Origin: Haloquadratum walsbyi C23
GTDB taxonomy: Archaea > Halobacteriota > Halobacteria > Halobacteriales > Haloferacaceae
NCBI RefSeq assembly: GCF_000237865.1
Contig: NC_017459.1
Span: 2,250,001 to 2,282,000 of the forward strand
Length of the DNA: 32,000 nt
Direction: 5' to 3'
The notes under the pieces were generated by a model, which saw only the letters and a program-made list of their open reading frames with translations, was not told where the DNA came from and ran no database searches. The translations under genes and the position numbers were made by a program. Of the stretch, positions 17,601-26,484 are shown one piece after another. The number at the start of each line of letters is the position of its first letter. Within the stretch, counting starts at the first letter, position 1.

Positions 17601-20429
17601 ATGACCCACATCAATCATGAGTCAAAGTGGGCATCTCATGAACTTGCAAAGGATCGTGGGACATTTAATGATTGGACAGAATCAAAATACGCTGATCCGA
17701 CGGAATATCGTGAATGGTTCGAACATCACACCGGGCTTGACGCAAGCGAATGGGAAGATGGATTCTTAATCCGTAATCATAACACAACAACAATCGCACC
17801 AACAGGGTGTGTCGAAGAAAACTCACTTGTCTCCACTGATGAGGGTCTTCGACCGATCAAAGATCTCGATAACACAACAGCAGAATTTGAGCAGTGGGAT
17901 GAGATTGACGTCGGCGTTACCACTGATGGAGGGACAAAGACGGCGACTGCGGTTTATGATAATGGATTTGCTAATGTCCGGCAGATTCAGACAGAGAGCG
18001 GATTCAATATTGCTGCAACGCCTAATCACCGTTTCCGGACACTCTCTAGTGATGGCACGTATACATGGAAGGAAGCAGGTAAGTTCGAATCTGGCGATCG
18101 TGTCATTCTTCAACGCAATACGTTTGACGCTGGCTCTCGTGTCTCGCTTGAGGCGAATGAGCGGGCGGATGATGCACAGGACACCACCGAGGGTCCTGAG
18201 TTGCCGGGAAGGATGACATCTGAGCTTGCTGAATTCCTTGGCTACTTCATGGGTAGTGGATACATTTCTGATGAGACCCATGCGAGTGTGGATCTTGTCG
18301 TTGACTCGGATGCGACCGAGCTCAACAGCTATCTCAGTAACCTTGGGGAGCAATTGTTCAGGATTACACCCGCTGTTGAGAGTCAAGAAATGAGTCAGGT
18401 ACTGTCATTCCGTGACTGTCATCTCTCACGGTATTTTGAGGACAATGGTTGGAAGAAGACCGATACGGGTCATAGCGGAGATGCATCAGCTGCGTTTGTC
18501 CCTGAACAGATCCTCGAAGGTGACGAGCAGGTTGTTAATGGATTCCTCCGGGGAGTATTCGAGGCTATCGGCACAGTCTCAGAGAAGATTGAAATTCTCA
18601 CAACATCGACAACCCTTGCTGACCAACTTCAGAGTCTACTATTGTCACTTGGTCATGTTTTCACCAGAGACACGACAAAATTGATCGAGACAAACAATTA
18701 TCATGATGATCAGTCACGACAGCGCCTTTGTGGGGCTACTCGGCGTGAAGATGAGCGATTCATGAATGAGATTGGCTCATTGATAGAACCAGATGAACTC
18801 AATCTAAGCACACGAGCAGATAAGAACGATACATACCCGTCATCTGTCATTGACCATGTACAGACACTTGATGGATATGACTCAGTCAGTGAGTCGCTCA
18901 AAAGTCGGATAGATCAATCACAAGTTGATGGGACTGTCTCGCGGAAATTAATCAAAGATATCGAGGCAGAAACTGCGGAGACTGTTACTATTGCGGATCG
19001 TGAACTGACTGGATTCTACGCTGCAACTGTAGAATCAGTCACAGAAGATACCGCATATACCAAGGATATTAGCGTTCCATCAAATAACACGTATATTGCA
19101 GACGGATTCGTCACCCACAACACCACCTCAATGATCGGTAACACGACTGGTGGGTGTGAACCGATATACAATGTTGCGTACTACAAGAACGTCTCCGATG
19201 ACGTACAGGGTGATGAGATGCTTGTAGAGTTTGATGATTACTTCCTTCGTGTTCTAGAGCAAAATGACATTGATGTTGAAGCCGTCAAACAAGAAGCTCA
19301 AGAGCAGATGGCTAATAACGACTTTGACGGCGTTGATGGGCTTGATACCGTTCCAAAGGCTATCGGGGAGCTATTTGTTGTCACATCTGATCTCTCTGGT
19401 AAAGACCACGCTGGCGTCCAGTGTGCCTGTCAAGAAGGTATCGACTCTGCAATCTCAAAGACGTGTAATTTCCCAAGCTCCGCAACAAAAGAAGATATGG
19501 ACGAAGTGTATCGCTATATCTATCAGAATGGCGGCAAAGGAGTCACCGTCTATCGCGATGGAACACGCTCGAAGCAGGTATTAACAACCCGAGCGCAGAA
19601 CACCGAATTTGCGGATGAAGGTGAAGCTGCGGAGACGCTCGTTGAGCAAATTGAAGATGTATTCGGGGGTGTTGATAGCTTCTTAGATAATGATACCGTT
19701 CGCGCCACAGTAGATGATGAGATTGATCGCGTTCTCGCGGCTGCAGATGGAAACGTTGAATTAGGTAAAAAGCGCCCACGACCAGACGTTCTTCATGGGG
19801 TCACACAGCGAATCGACACTGGATATGGAAAGCTGTATGTGAACATCAACGAAGACGATGCTGGACGTCCGTTCGAGCTCTTTGCAAACATCGGAAACTC
19901 TGGTGGGTTCACCGCATCATTCACCGAGGCACTCGCCAAGACTGTCTCAACAGCACTACGATCAGGCGTCGATCCACGTGAAATCGCAAGTGAGCTGCAA
20001 GGTATCCGAAGTCCGAAAGTTGCCTGGGATAAGGGTGAGCAGATTAACTCGATTCCAGACGCGGTTGGAACTGCGATGCGTCGATATCTTGATGGTGAAA
20101 TTGAGAAAGGATATCCACAACAACAGAATCTCACTGAGGTCGGGACCGATACAGGGTCTGAACCACGTGTCGAATCGGGGTCAGGGTCAGATGCAAAAGC
20201 ACCTGGACATGAAACAGATGGTGGTGCAGCAGTGACGGACGATACTGTATCAACAAATCGTAATAACGGGTCACTGCCATCCGCTAATGATGAAAATAAT
20301 GATACTGACGATGTGGACAGTCTCGTGGCTGCCGGTGAGAGTCCCGAGTGTCCTGAGTGTGGAAGCATGTCATTGTATTACTCCGAAGGGTGTAAGACGT
20401 GTGAATCATGTGGGTGGTCTGAGTGTTGA
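14700..20429 (+). CDS. nrdJ: adenosylcobalamin-dependent (class II) ribonucleoside-diphosphate reductase precursor containing two inteins
   Basis: 1909 aa. The extein (1063 aa after removing the inteins) has SACFV, the active site TNPCGEQPL, TIAPTG/TTS, and the C-terminal Cys-rich zinc ribbon CPECGS...CKTCESCGWSEC. GGAGG lies 8 nt upstream of the ATG. Confidence 0.95.
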   Translation: MDTHDVDADELELPIKRTTGETIEQRLTDNAYHNILPARYLRKDANGDLAESQEEIFERVAQNVALAEAVFEADKQDAEITVTPDQLKPDHPRRDELAEEVFGAGADAADTVTTTLSVYNVNKFAYETIVPELPDEVQHHVKSVADEFEDLMSRLSFMPNSPTLMNAGDELQQLSACFVDSPSDDISDIHQTAKEAAEVFQCLTADSTVMLKEKGMVSVSEVETGDQIAQRSDTGFQYKPVEETHAYENAETLTVTLTNGCSIRGTPNHRLMVDDEWTRIDEIQPGQEVHYTLGWLRETSQSPPKLHPQSHTTVNQTADSISPDSSEPIELCESENADTGNRHNSAVAVKQSRTQAQLISDEVVSRPEHTRRPDQLSEELAELLGLWIDTGLWHQSGVQFNVERENIAEYIDQLSQQLFDTPAAISDADGTYTVDITDHKLKEWWKANFGGKPDGTQSSYVPQMIKEAPTNVIEAFLRGCFTAEGGLRKDMRPRLCTSSENSIDDIAVLMMGLGYPVEKSVIRNADGEPYYSVMPATDDGLSAFLHDVGFIDERREIGLSNIESSGSRALDNTHKIEVESVVESPPATVYDITVADNHEYVTDGIVSHNSGGGMGYAFWKLRPYGDSVGSTGGIASGPITFMRTYDQMCETIAQGGARRGAQMGVMRISHPDVIQFIHAKNKDVSLAHSLRLNDPDDFTHTSFADALEEARELIDEEGRVPEHLRNAVEGHLSNFNISVGVTDEFMEALFADEEFTFTNPRTEEPHIATPETKELYELHDLGEHVEVGEELSVPAEELWDHIVSGAHENGEPGVIYLERVNKEHSFDVEKHSEHEILATNPCGEQPLEEYEACNLGHINLSTLADKDAPDWRVWYDNNGDAYNNLDDAAEAFIYEAIDMNAFNRRIESGTRFLENVVTMSDFPVDEIEATVRDMRKIGLGIMGLAQLYIQIGVRYGSEEANAIAEQLMTHINHESKWASHELAKDRGTFNDWTESKYADPTEYREWFEHHTGLDASEWEDGFLIRNHNTTTIAPTGCVEENSLVSTDEGLRPIKDLDNTTAEFEQWDEIDVGVTTDGGTKTATAVYDNGFANVRQIQTESGFNIAATPNHRFRTLSSDGTYTWKEAGKFESGDRVILQRNTFDAGSRVSLEANERADDAQDTTEGPELPGRMTSELAEFLGYFMGSGYISDETHASVDLVVDSDATELNSYLSNLGEQLFRITPAVESQEMSQVLSFRDCHLSRYFEDNGWKKTDTGHSGDASAAFVPEQILEGDEQVVNGFLRGVFEAIGTVSEKIEILTTSTTLADQLQSLLLSLGHVFTRDTTKLIETNNYHDDQSRQRLCGATRREDERFMNEIGSLIEPDELNLSTRADKNDTYPSSVIDHVQTLDGYDSVSESLKSRIDQSQVDGTVSRKLIKDIEAETAETVTIADRELTGFYAATVESVTEDTAYTKDISVPSNNTYIADGFVTHNTTSMIGNTTGGCEPIYNVAYYKNVSDDVQGDEMLVEFDDYFLRVLEQNDIDVEAVKQEAQEQMANNDFDGVDGLDTVPKAIGELFVVTSDLSGKDHAGVQCACQEGIDSAISKTCNFPSSATKEDMDEVYRYIYQNGGKGVTVYRDGTRSKQVLTTRAQNTEFADEGEAAETLVEQIEDVFGGVDSFLDNDTVRATVDDEIDRVLAAADGNVELGKKRPRPDVLHGVTQRIDTGYGKLYVNINEDDAGRPFELFANIGNSGGFTASFTEALAKTVSTALRSGVDPREIASELQGIRSPKVAWDKGEQINSIPDAVGTAMRRYLDGEIEKGYPQQQNLTEVGTDTGSEPRVESGSGSDAKAPGHETDGGAAVTDDTVSTNRNNGSLPSANDENNDTDDVDSLVAAGESPECPECGSMSLYYSEGCKTCESCGWSEC
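15303..16526 (+). mobile_element. intein 1 (408 aa) with LAGLIDADG homing-endonuclease domain
   Basis: It starts at Cys in EVFQ|CLTADSTVML and ends at IVSHN|SGGGMGYAF. Block B is GTPNHRLMV. The LAGLIDADG-like motifs are LAELLGLWIDTG and IEAFLRGCFTAEGG. Removing it restores the conserved RNR sequence. Confidence 0.9.
17808..19121 (+). mobile_element. intein 2 (438 aa) with LAGLIDADG-type endonuclease domain
   Basis: It starts at TIAPTG|CVEENSLVSTDEG and ends at FVTHN|TTSMIGN. Block B is ATPNHRFRTL. The LAGLIDADG-like motifs are LAEFLGYFMGSGY and VNGFLRGVFEAIG. Removing it restores the conserved TIAPTGTTS motif. Confidence 0.9.
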
Positions 20430-21030
20430 ATTCAGTCATATCCCTTGATATGGATCTTCCCGCATGAACACACAGGAATCTCATGATACCGGTCACTGGA
20501 ATGAGATAATACCCTCATAGGGCGAATTCACTCACTCATCGATTTGAGGATTTGAACTGCCTATCCTCATCGCACGTGCTCGCTGAATAGGAAGCTCTGG
20601 CGTACATTTGAGAAGCGTACAAGAGCCTTGATTACGGTGAACCACGACTATTCATAGAGAACATTATACTCGCGTTTCGATTTGTCGTCTGGATCTCTTC
20701 TGCCAGCGAGTCGATCCTCAGAGGTGAACTACTCAGATCTACTCAGCTATCACAGATAGCTTCCGTTGAGGACGGGGCTTCCAGTAACTATTCTTCAAAT
20801 TCTGATTGCATTCTGAGTTGGAGAGGCTTATTCGCTGCGGGGTATCCAAAGCCCACTCTAAACTTTCTTTCTCAAATGTCTTGCTTGAGAGATCGAGCTT
20901 ACCTGTCCAAACTGTGGCGAAACGAAAAGAACAGATGTTGTTGCCGTCTGCTCTAGCGGTTTGAATAATTTCACCGTTGGACTACACAGACATGTCAGAC
21001 TACAATATAATCGTTATGATTATCGGGCGT

Positions 21031-21078
21031 GTCCCCTCCATACTCGTTCATTTTACTCACTTATTGAGGAAGAGATCC
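21031..21078 (-). repeat. dispersed intergenic repeat, copy D (inverted orientation)
   Basis: The reverse complement ggatctcttcctcaataagtgagtaaaatgaacgagtatggaggggac aligns with copy B with 5 mismatches over 44 nt. Confidence 0.75.
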
Positions 21079-21153
21079 TGCCCTCAATTTTAGATAGCAA
21101 AATAAGCTCATCTGCGTCGATATCTTCTTGCGGTACACCCTCGAAATAAGTGT

Positions 21154-21297
21154 ATGTCATCTGGCAATGCGGAGAATATACCCTCACAACGAGGACGACC
21201 ATGTCCGTTCTGTGAGACAGCAATGATTCATCGACACTGTAAGTACGTCTGTCCTGAGCATGGTGTCGTGTATGATTGTAGCGATACGTTCTGGTAA
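21154..21297 (+). CDS. small zinc-finger protein (47 aa), below the ORF-track cutoff
   Basis: I translated it by hand as MSSGNAENIPSQRGRPCPFCETAMIHRHCKYVCPEHGVVYDCSDTFW. It has the metal-binding knuckles CPFC and CPEH. Small CPxC-type zinc fingers are common in haloarchaea. The competing antisense ORF 21053..21328 is basic and not protein-like. Confidence 0.5.
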   Translation: MSSGNAENIPSQRGRPCPFCETAMIHRHCKYVCPEHGVVYDCSDTFW

Positions 21298-21546
21298 GAA
21301 TGCTATCCGTGCTTGTGTGTTCTATCACTGATACGTATCCAATCAGTAATTATTGCATTATTGAACTATGTTATGACAGCAATTGACCTATTGGATAATA
21401 AATTAACTTTCGATACGGTTTTTCATAGATATATATGATTTGATTTTGACTCGGCACTAACTGTTATGTCGCTTGGGTCCCTAGGTACAACGACGAATGA
21501 GTGGTCGGATGACCTGTCGAGATATGCAATTGCGTGACCCGTAATA

Positions 21547-22587
21547 ATGGTCAGACACGAACAAATCGAACGGAGCAAGGCGATTCAAAAGCGCACGGGA
21601 AAGACATTTCACCTCGCGACACGGGTGCTCCCAGAGCGCGTTCGACATGCCACATACGTTCTGTACGCGTTCTTTCGCGTTGCAGATGAGGTGGTCGACG
21701 CCACCGATGCTGCTCCTCCACCACAACAACGCGAACGCTTAGCAGAGCTTCGACGGCAGGCACTTGGCAAAGAGTCGACGGATGATCCAGTGCTCTCAGC
21801 GTTTGCTGAACTGTGTGAGAGTTATGAGATCCCAAATGAGGACGTGAATGTATTTATTGATGCGATGTTGGCAGACGTCGATACAGATCAATATGAGACT
21901 TATGACGATCTTGAGACCTACATGGATGGCTCTGCTGCCGCCGTCGGGCGGATGATGACGGCAATCATGGATACTGAGAACGCTGAGACAGCACTTCCAC
22001 ACGCTACAGCACTTGGTGAGGCATTCCAAATGTCGAACTTTCTTCGAGATGTTGGTGAAGACGTCAAAGAGCGGGATCGAGTCTACCTACCACAAGAGAC
22101 CTTACGTCAATATGATGTCTCGACAGCACAGATTCTAAATCTTGAATTCGACGAGAATGTCCGAGCAGTAATACAACATGAACAACAGCGGACAGAGGCG
22201 CTCTATCGCGAAGGGGTGAAAGGAATTCAATACCTCCCAGAAGACTGTCAGCTTGCTGTATTACTGGCTGCAGTCTTATACGCAGACCATCATCGTGCCA
22301 TTGAGCGTGTTGATTATGATGTACTCTCAAGAACACCATCATTATCAACGCCACGCAAACTTTGGTTATTATTGAAGACACGGATGTATTGGACACTGAC
22401 GCCTGATCCTGTCACTGTGTTTCGACGGGTGAGCGTGGTGCCGTATCCTGATGAGTACGACGACGTTGATGAGACAGACTCAGATGCACGTCATGATCGT
22501 GAACCTAATCGTGGATGGTCAATTGGGACGGAATTTGTCACTCAACGTTTCTCGAATCTTGTTCGACATTTCACACGCGGTGAGTGA
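21547..22587 (+). CDS. crtB: phytoene synthase
   Basis: 346 aa. It has the squalene/phytoene synthase motifs YVLYAFFRVADEVVD (first Asp-rich motif) and NFLRDVGEDVKERDRVYLP (second). Confidence 0.9.
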   Translation: MVRHEQIERSKAIQKRTGKTFHLATRVLPERVRHATYVLYAFFRVADEVVDATDAAPPPQQRERLAELRRQALGKESTDDPVLSAFAELCESYEIPNEDVNVFIDAMLADVDTDQYETYDDLETYMDGSAAAVGRMMTAIMDTENAETALPHATALGEAFQMSNFLRDVGEDVKERDRVYLPQETLRQYDVSTAQILNLEFDENVRAVIQHEQQRTEALYREGVKGIQYLPEDCQLAVLLAAVLYADHHRAIERVDYDVLSRTPSLSTPRKLWLLLKTRMYWTLTPDPVTVFRRVSVVPYPDEYDDVDETDSDARHDREPNRGWSIGTEFVTQRFSNLVRHFTRGE

Positions 22588-22898
22588 TGATAAAATATAG
22601 ATAGTGGATTTAATTATCATATCATAATCATCAATCATGAAGATTAGCTATGATTACATATCCGTCGACAGATGTTGATATGTGACTTTTCTAGTGTCAC
22701 TGAAACAGAAAATGACCAGATATGCTGATATGATAGAACAAACAGAGGATCGTAACATCTGGTCGGTTCCATCCGGTGGCTATACCCTCAGTTGTGGGCG
22801 GAAATCAATAGTGAGAGTAGATCTATTGTCATTGTATATTCGCATTATCATGACATTGAATATAATATATTGTTTTTAATGTATAATTTATGTATTTA

Positions 22899-23747
22899 TC
22901 ACGGGCTCAAAAGATCTGTATCAAATCGCTCTGCTCGGAGAAGACCAATCGCAAAGATAATCGCAAATACAGTCGGGATGTAGTTACCAAACCACGCGTT
23001 GATACCACCCCAGAGAATGATGAATGAGACAAGGTCATCAAGCATGAATGCACATTCATTGACGCGTTGAAGCAGGGCATGACGGTCATACCCAAAGTCA
23101 AGTGCAACCACGGCAATTGTCGCAGAGAGAACCCATCCAACGTAGTTTGACACTGGGACATCATAGAAGATACCACCGTCTGGATAGACCCAAAATCCGA
23201 GTGCAACAGCGCCTGGGTCAAGAATAATATCCATCAGTAATACAGTAATAATAACGGTCAGAAGTCGGGTGGGTGTATGTTCAGCTCGTGACCCAAGAAG
23301 TAGAATACAAAGAAGATATGCATTCATAACGAGTGGAACGAAAAATACCGGAAGCCCCAGCGGAATACCAGCAATGATGGGACCAAGATCAACACCATAG
23401 AAGAATTCACCATATGGGAATCCTGTATGCACGCCAGCGTATTCGATTGCATACGCATAGGCTGTCAATGTGACGACGGACGCTGCTGCACGTCGGTCTG
23501 TCAATGGAAGTGCTGCGGTCAAGAGCGGTGACCGCATGACAATCGTTCCAAATAGAATCAACAGTCCATTGAATGCAAGCGGTTCTGGGAGCCATCCTTC
23601 AGCGCTTGCAAGAAGGAGGACAATACCATTGAGTGGGAAAAACACAGAAATCGTGAATCGATTCTCCCGAACAAGTCGGTCAAGTCGGGCTTCCCAGTCA
23701 AGCCGACTGCGTGGTATCTGATCAAGGAGTTGAGACCGCTCACCCAT
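22899..23747 (-). CDS. cruF: bisanhydrobacterioruberin hydratase (carotenoid 1,2-hydratase CruF family membrane protein)
   Basis: It is a polytopic membrane protein immediately downstream of lyeJ, in the crtD-lyeJ-cruF order described for haloarchaeal C50 carotenoid clusters. I chose the start at MGERSQ, where ATGGGTGA overlaps the lyeJ stop. The longer ORF start (23792) would overlap lyeJ by 53 bp. Confidence 0.75.
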   Translation of the reverse strand: MGERSQLLDQIPRSRLDWEARLDRLVRENRFTISVFFPLNGIVLLLASAEGWLPEPLAFNGLLILFGTIVMRSPLLTAALPLTDRRAAASVVTLTAYAYAIEYAGVHTGFPYGEFFYGVDLGPIIAGIPLGLPVFFVPLVMNAYLLCILLLGSRAEHTPTRLLTVIITVLLMDIILDPGAVALGFWVYPDGGIFYDVPVSNYVGWVLSATIAVVALDFGYDRHALLQRVNECAFMLDDLVSFIILWGGINAWFGNYIPTVFAIIFAIGLLRAERFDTDLLSP

Positions 23748-24615
23748 AGAGAAGCCTCCAGAGAGCACCCATCGTAAGAAGCATTCCAACAATCGTATTC
23801 ACCGCTGGATACCACCAATATGCCCGATCGACAGCGATATCAGACCAATAAATTGCAAACACAATCACGGGATATGCAAGTAAAAGCAGCGCAATGCGGT
23901 TATCTAAGAATGCAAAAGAGACCGCAGCCGCAAGCCAACAACAAAGACAATATGTGTAAACACGAGGTTCTCCGAGAAATGTCGCTGTTGTCTGAATACC
24001 AGCCGCGCGATCAGGTTCGATATCTGGAATCGCTGAGAAGGTATGCATACCCATTGTCCAAAACCATCCACCAGCGACGGCCGCAAGTGGAGGTTGGCTC
24101 CCGGTTACAGTTGCATATGCAGCTGCACCCGGAAGTATATAGAGTCCATTCGAAAGTGAATCAAATATCGGCGTTGTCTTAAATCGCAACGGTGGCGCTG
24201 AATATTGAAATCCAAGAATAAAAAATCCAAGTAGATATGGCCATGCTGCTTGTGGAGAAATAGCAAATATCACGATACCGAGAGCTGTCGTTATAACAAC
24301 ACTCGCTGCTACAACCGGGTCGCCTTGCCAACGAGTCTCTCGTCCCTCTTTTTTTGGATTGACAACATCAACATCGGCGTCAAATACATCATTGACCCCA
24401 TAGAGAAAGACATTCGCAGGAAACAGAAAGTATGCAAAAAATACAATATTTTCTGGTAAAAACAGTTCTGAGACAGATGTTGCTCCAAAAGCGACAGCAA
24501 CGACGATTGGTCCAGCGAGATATAGCCAGAATCGAGGTCGCGAGAGAGTTAGTAAATACCAGACGCGTCCAAGTACGTCGCGATTGGGTGTGTCTGTGTC
24601 AATATCTGTCTGCAC
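23740..24615 (-). CDS. lyeJ: lycopene elongase/hydratase (UbiA-family prenyltransferase)
   Basis: 291 aa. It has the UbiA-type membrane prenyltransferase pattern: NDVFDADVD (Asp-rich motif) and multiple TM segments. It sits between crtD and cruF. Confidence 0.8.
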   Translation of the reverse strand: MQTDIDTDTPNRDVLGRVWYLLTLSRPRFWLYLAGPIVVAVAFGATSVSELFLPENIVFFAYFLFPANVFLYGVNDVFDADVDVVNPKKEGRETRWQGDPVVAASVVITTALGIVIFAISPQAAWPYLLGFFILGFQYSAPPLRFKTTPIFDSLSNGLYILPGAAAYATVTGSQPPLAAVAGGWFWTMGMHTFSAIPDIEPDRAAGIQTTATFLGEPRVYTYCLCCWLAAAVSFAFLDNRIALLLLAYPVIVFAIYWSDIAVDRAYWWYPAVNTIVGMLLTMGALWRLLYG

Positions 24616-24630
24616 GATTAATTCAGTCCA

Positions 24631-26133
24631 TTACGTTGCCCGATCTGCCATTTTCTCAGCAGTCAATTGCCCACTAATGAGACACATTGGAACGCCAATG
24701 CCTGGCGTTGTAAATGATCCAGTAAAGTACAGTCCATCGACAGCCGAGGAATGATGCCCAGGACGAAGAAGTGCCGTTTGTTCGAGAGTGTGAGCAAGTC
24801 CAAGTGCTGTCCCAGCGGTGCTATTATATCGGTCTGCAAAGTCATCAACACAGAATGAGCGCTCAACAACAATCCGATCTCGAAGGTCAACACCAGTATG
24901 CTCAGCAATATCATCTAAGATGAGATTGCGATAGCGTTGACGGTGTTCTTCAGAGTCATCAAGTCCAGCCGCAATCGGGACAAGCGCAAAGAGATTTGAG
25001 TGATCATCAGGCGCAACATCATCATCAGTTTGTGACGGAACACAGAGATAGTATGCTGGATCCGCAGGCCAAGCTGGGTCATCAAAAATTTGTTCGAAAT
25101 GATCATCCCAATCCGTTGGAAGCACGAGAGAGTGATGAGCAAGGTCACCGACATCACCTTCAACACCAAGATAGAGGAGAAATGCTGACGGTGCATATGT
25201 TCGTGAATCCCAATAATCAGGGTCATATTGTCTTTTTTCTGGCGGAAGAAGTTCCATTTCCGTATGTCGGTAATCCGCATTGCTCACGACAGACTCAGAG
25301 TAGAATTCTGCGTCAGTTTCTGTTCGGGTGACGAACGCTCCCTCTCGACCACGAATCTCTGAGACAGGTGCATTTGTATGGAATGTCACTCCCAATTCGT
25401 CTGCAAGTTCGACAATACCGTCTACAACGCCACCAACTCCATTCTCAGGATAATAGACGCCCATATTGAAATCAACATGACTCATTAAATTATACAATGC
25501 TGGCGTGTTTGTCGGGGCACCGCCAAGAAACACAAGCGTGTATTGCATAATTTGCTGGAGTTTTGGATGATCAAAATACTGCTCAACATGATCCTGCATC
25601 GACCCGATTAATGATAGTCCGCGGGCATTTTTCATGACGTCCCAATCAGCATAATCGGACAATTCGGCTCGGTCTTCATACACGAAGTGTTCCATTCCAA
25701 CCTCGTAATTTTTCTTTGACTTTGCAAGATACTCATCAAAACGGTCACCAGCGCCGGGCTCATACGATTCAAATACCTCTCGATTTTGCTCACGGTCAGG
25801 AACCATCTCAACACGGTCGCCATCTTTGAAGAAGATCCGATAGTGCGGGTCAAGGCGAGTAAGTTCATAGTACTCACTCGGTTCTCGGTCAAAATAATTG
25901 AAGAATCGCTCAAAGACATCGGGCATCAGATACCACGATGGACCCATATCGAACTTGAACCCATCAACTTCAAGTCGACTTGCACGCCCCCCAAGTTGCT
26001 CGTTTTTTTCAAGGACCGTGACATCCGCACCTGCATCGGAGAGATAGCAAGCTGTCGAAAGCCCGCCAAACCCACCGCCAATGACGACGACAGATGACCC
26101 ATCGACATCACTGAGGTCCGAGACTGTATTCAT
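24631..26133 (-). CDS. crtD: carotenoid 3,4-desaturase (phytoene desaturase family, FAD-dependent)
   Basis: I chose the start at Met32 (MNTVSDLSDVDGSSVVVIGGGFGGLS), directly before the dinucleotide-binding GGGFGG motif. TTTTAT on the minus strand lies about 28 nt upstream. The upstream 31 codons of the ORF are AT-rich and not protein-like. The C-terminal FTGSFTTPGIGVPMCLISG is typical of the CrtI/CrtD family. Confidence 0.85.
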   Translation of the reverse strand: MNTVSDLSDVDGSSVVVIGGGFGGLSTACYLSDAGADVTVLEKNEQLGGRASRLEVDGFKFDMGPSWYLMPDVFERFFNYFDREPSEYYELTRLDPHYRIFFKDGDRVEMVPDREQNREVFESYEPGAGDRFDEYLAKSKKNYEVGMEHFVYEDRAELSDYADWDVMKNARGLSLIGSMQDHVEQYFDHPKLQQIMQYTLVFLGGAPTNTPALYNLMSHVDFNMGVYYPENGVGGVVDGIVELADELGVTFHTNAPVSEIRGREGAFVTRTETDAEFYSESVVSNADYRHTEMELLPPEKRQYDPDYWDSRTYAPSAFLLYLGVEGDVGDLAHHSLVLPTDWDDHFEQIFDDPAWPADPAYYLCVPSQTDDDVAPDDHSNLFALVPIAAGLDDSEEHRQRYRNLILDDIAEHTGVDLRDRIVVERSFCVDDFADRYNSTAGTALGLAHTLEQTALLRPGHHSSAVDGLYFTGSFTTPGIGVPMCLISGQLTAEKMADRAT

Positions 26134-26156
26134 ATATAATGCTAAGAGCGTCAGAG

Positions 26157-26164
26157 CAATAAAA
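26157..26164 (-). promoter_or_regulatory. candidate TATA box for the crtD-lyeJ-cruF operon
   Basis: ttttattg on the minus strand is centred about 28 nt upstream of the chosen crtD ATG (26133). Confidence 0.35.
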
Positions 26165-26454
26165 CGACTGACTATCCAGAAATGTCTATATGTGATAAGA
26201 AATAAACAATACTCATAGAATATCACTAATCTTGCTTCGTCTGTATATTATATTATCGACAGATATTGTCATTTTTATTATTTTATATGCTAAAGTCGAT
26301 TATCCCTCTTTTATTACTGAGTGTGAAAGGTTGACCTATATAATATATATTTAACATTTTTTGCCCTTGAATGAAGATTTTCCCTTGCGTCCTTCATGCT
26401 GTATGATTGATATAAATTAGTGTCAATTGTCAATTTGGATAGAATACAAATCAC

Positions 26455-26460
26455 TTTTTA
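26455..26460 (+). promoter_or_regulatory. candidate TATA box for the usp gene
   Basis: ttttta is centred about 27 nt upstream of the ATG at 26485, in a very AT-rich divergent spacer. Confidence 0.3.
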
Positions 26461-26484
26461 TGACGAGGAAAACTACAATATGAG

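Noticed and set aside
20538-20562. tRNA-like T-loop. GTTCAAATCC lies on the minus strand here, and ggttcgaat at 2813-2821.
   Set aside because: The flanking bases do not form a T-stem, and no acceptor, D or anticodon arms can be built. I found no tRNA in the window.
22588-22898. Small ORFs 22682-22879 and 22792-22983 in the convergent crtB/cruF spacer, and the 7-bp stem accagat...atctggt.
   Set aside because: The ORFs are hydrophobic or AT-rich artefacts, one with a non-ATG start. The stem has a 35-nt loop and is not distinctive. The region is probably just a bidirectional termination zone.
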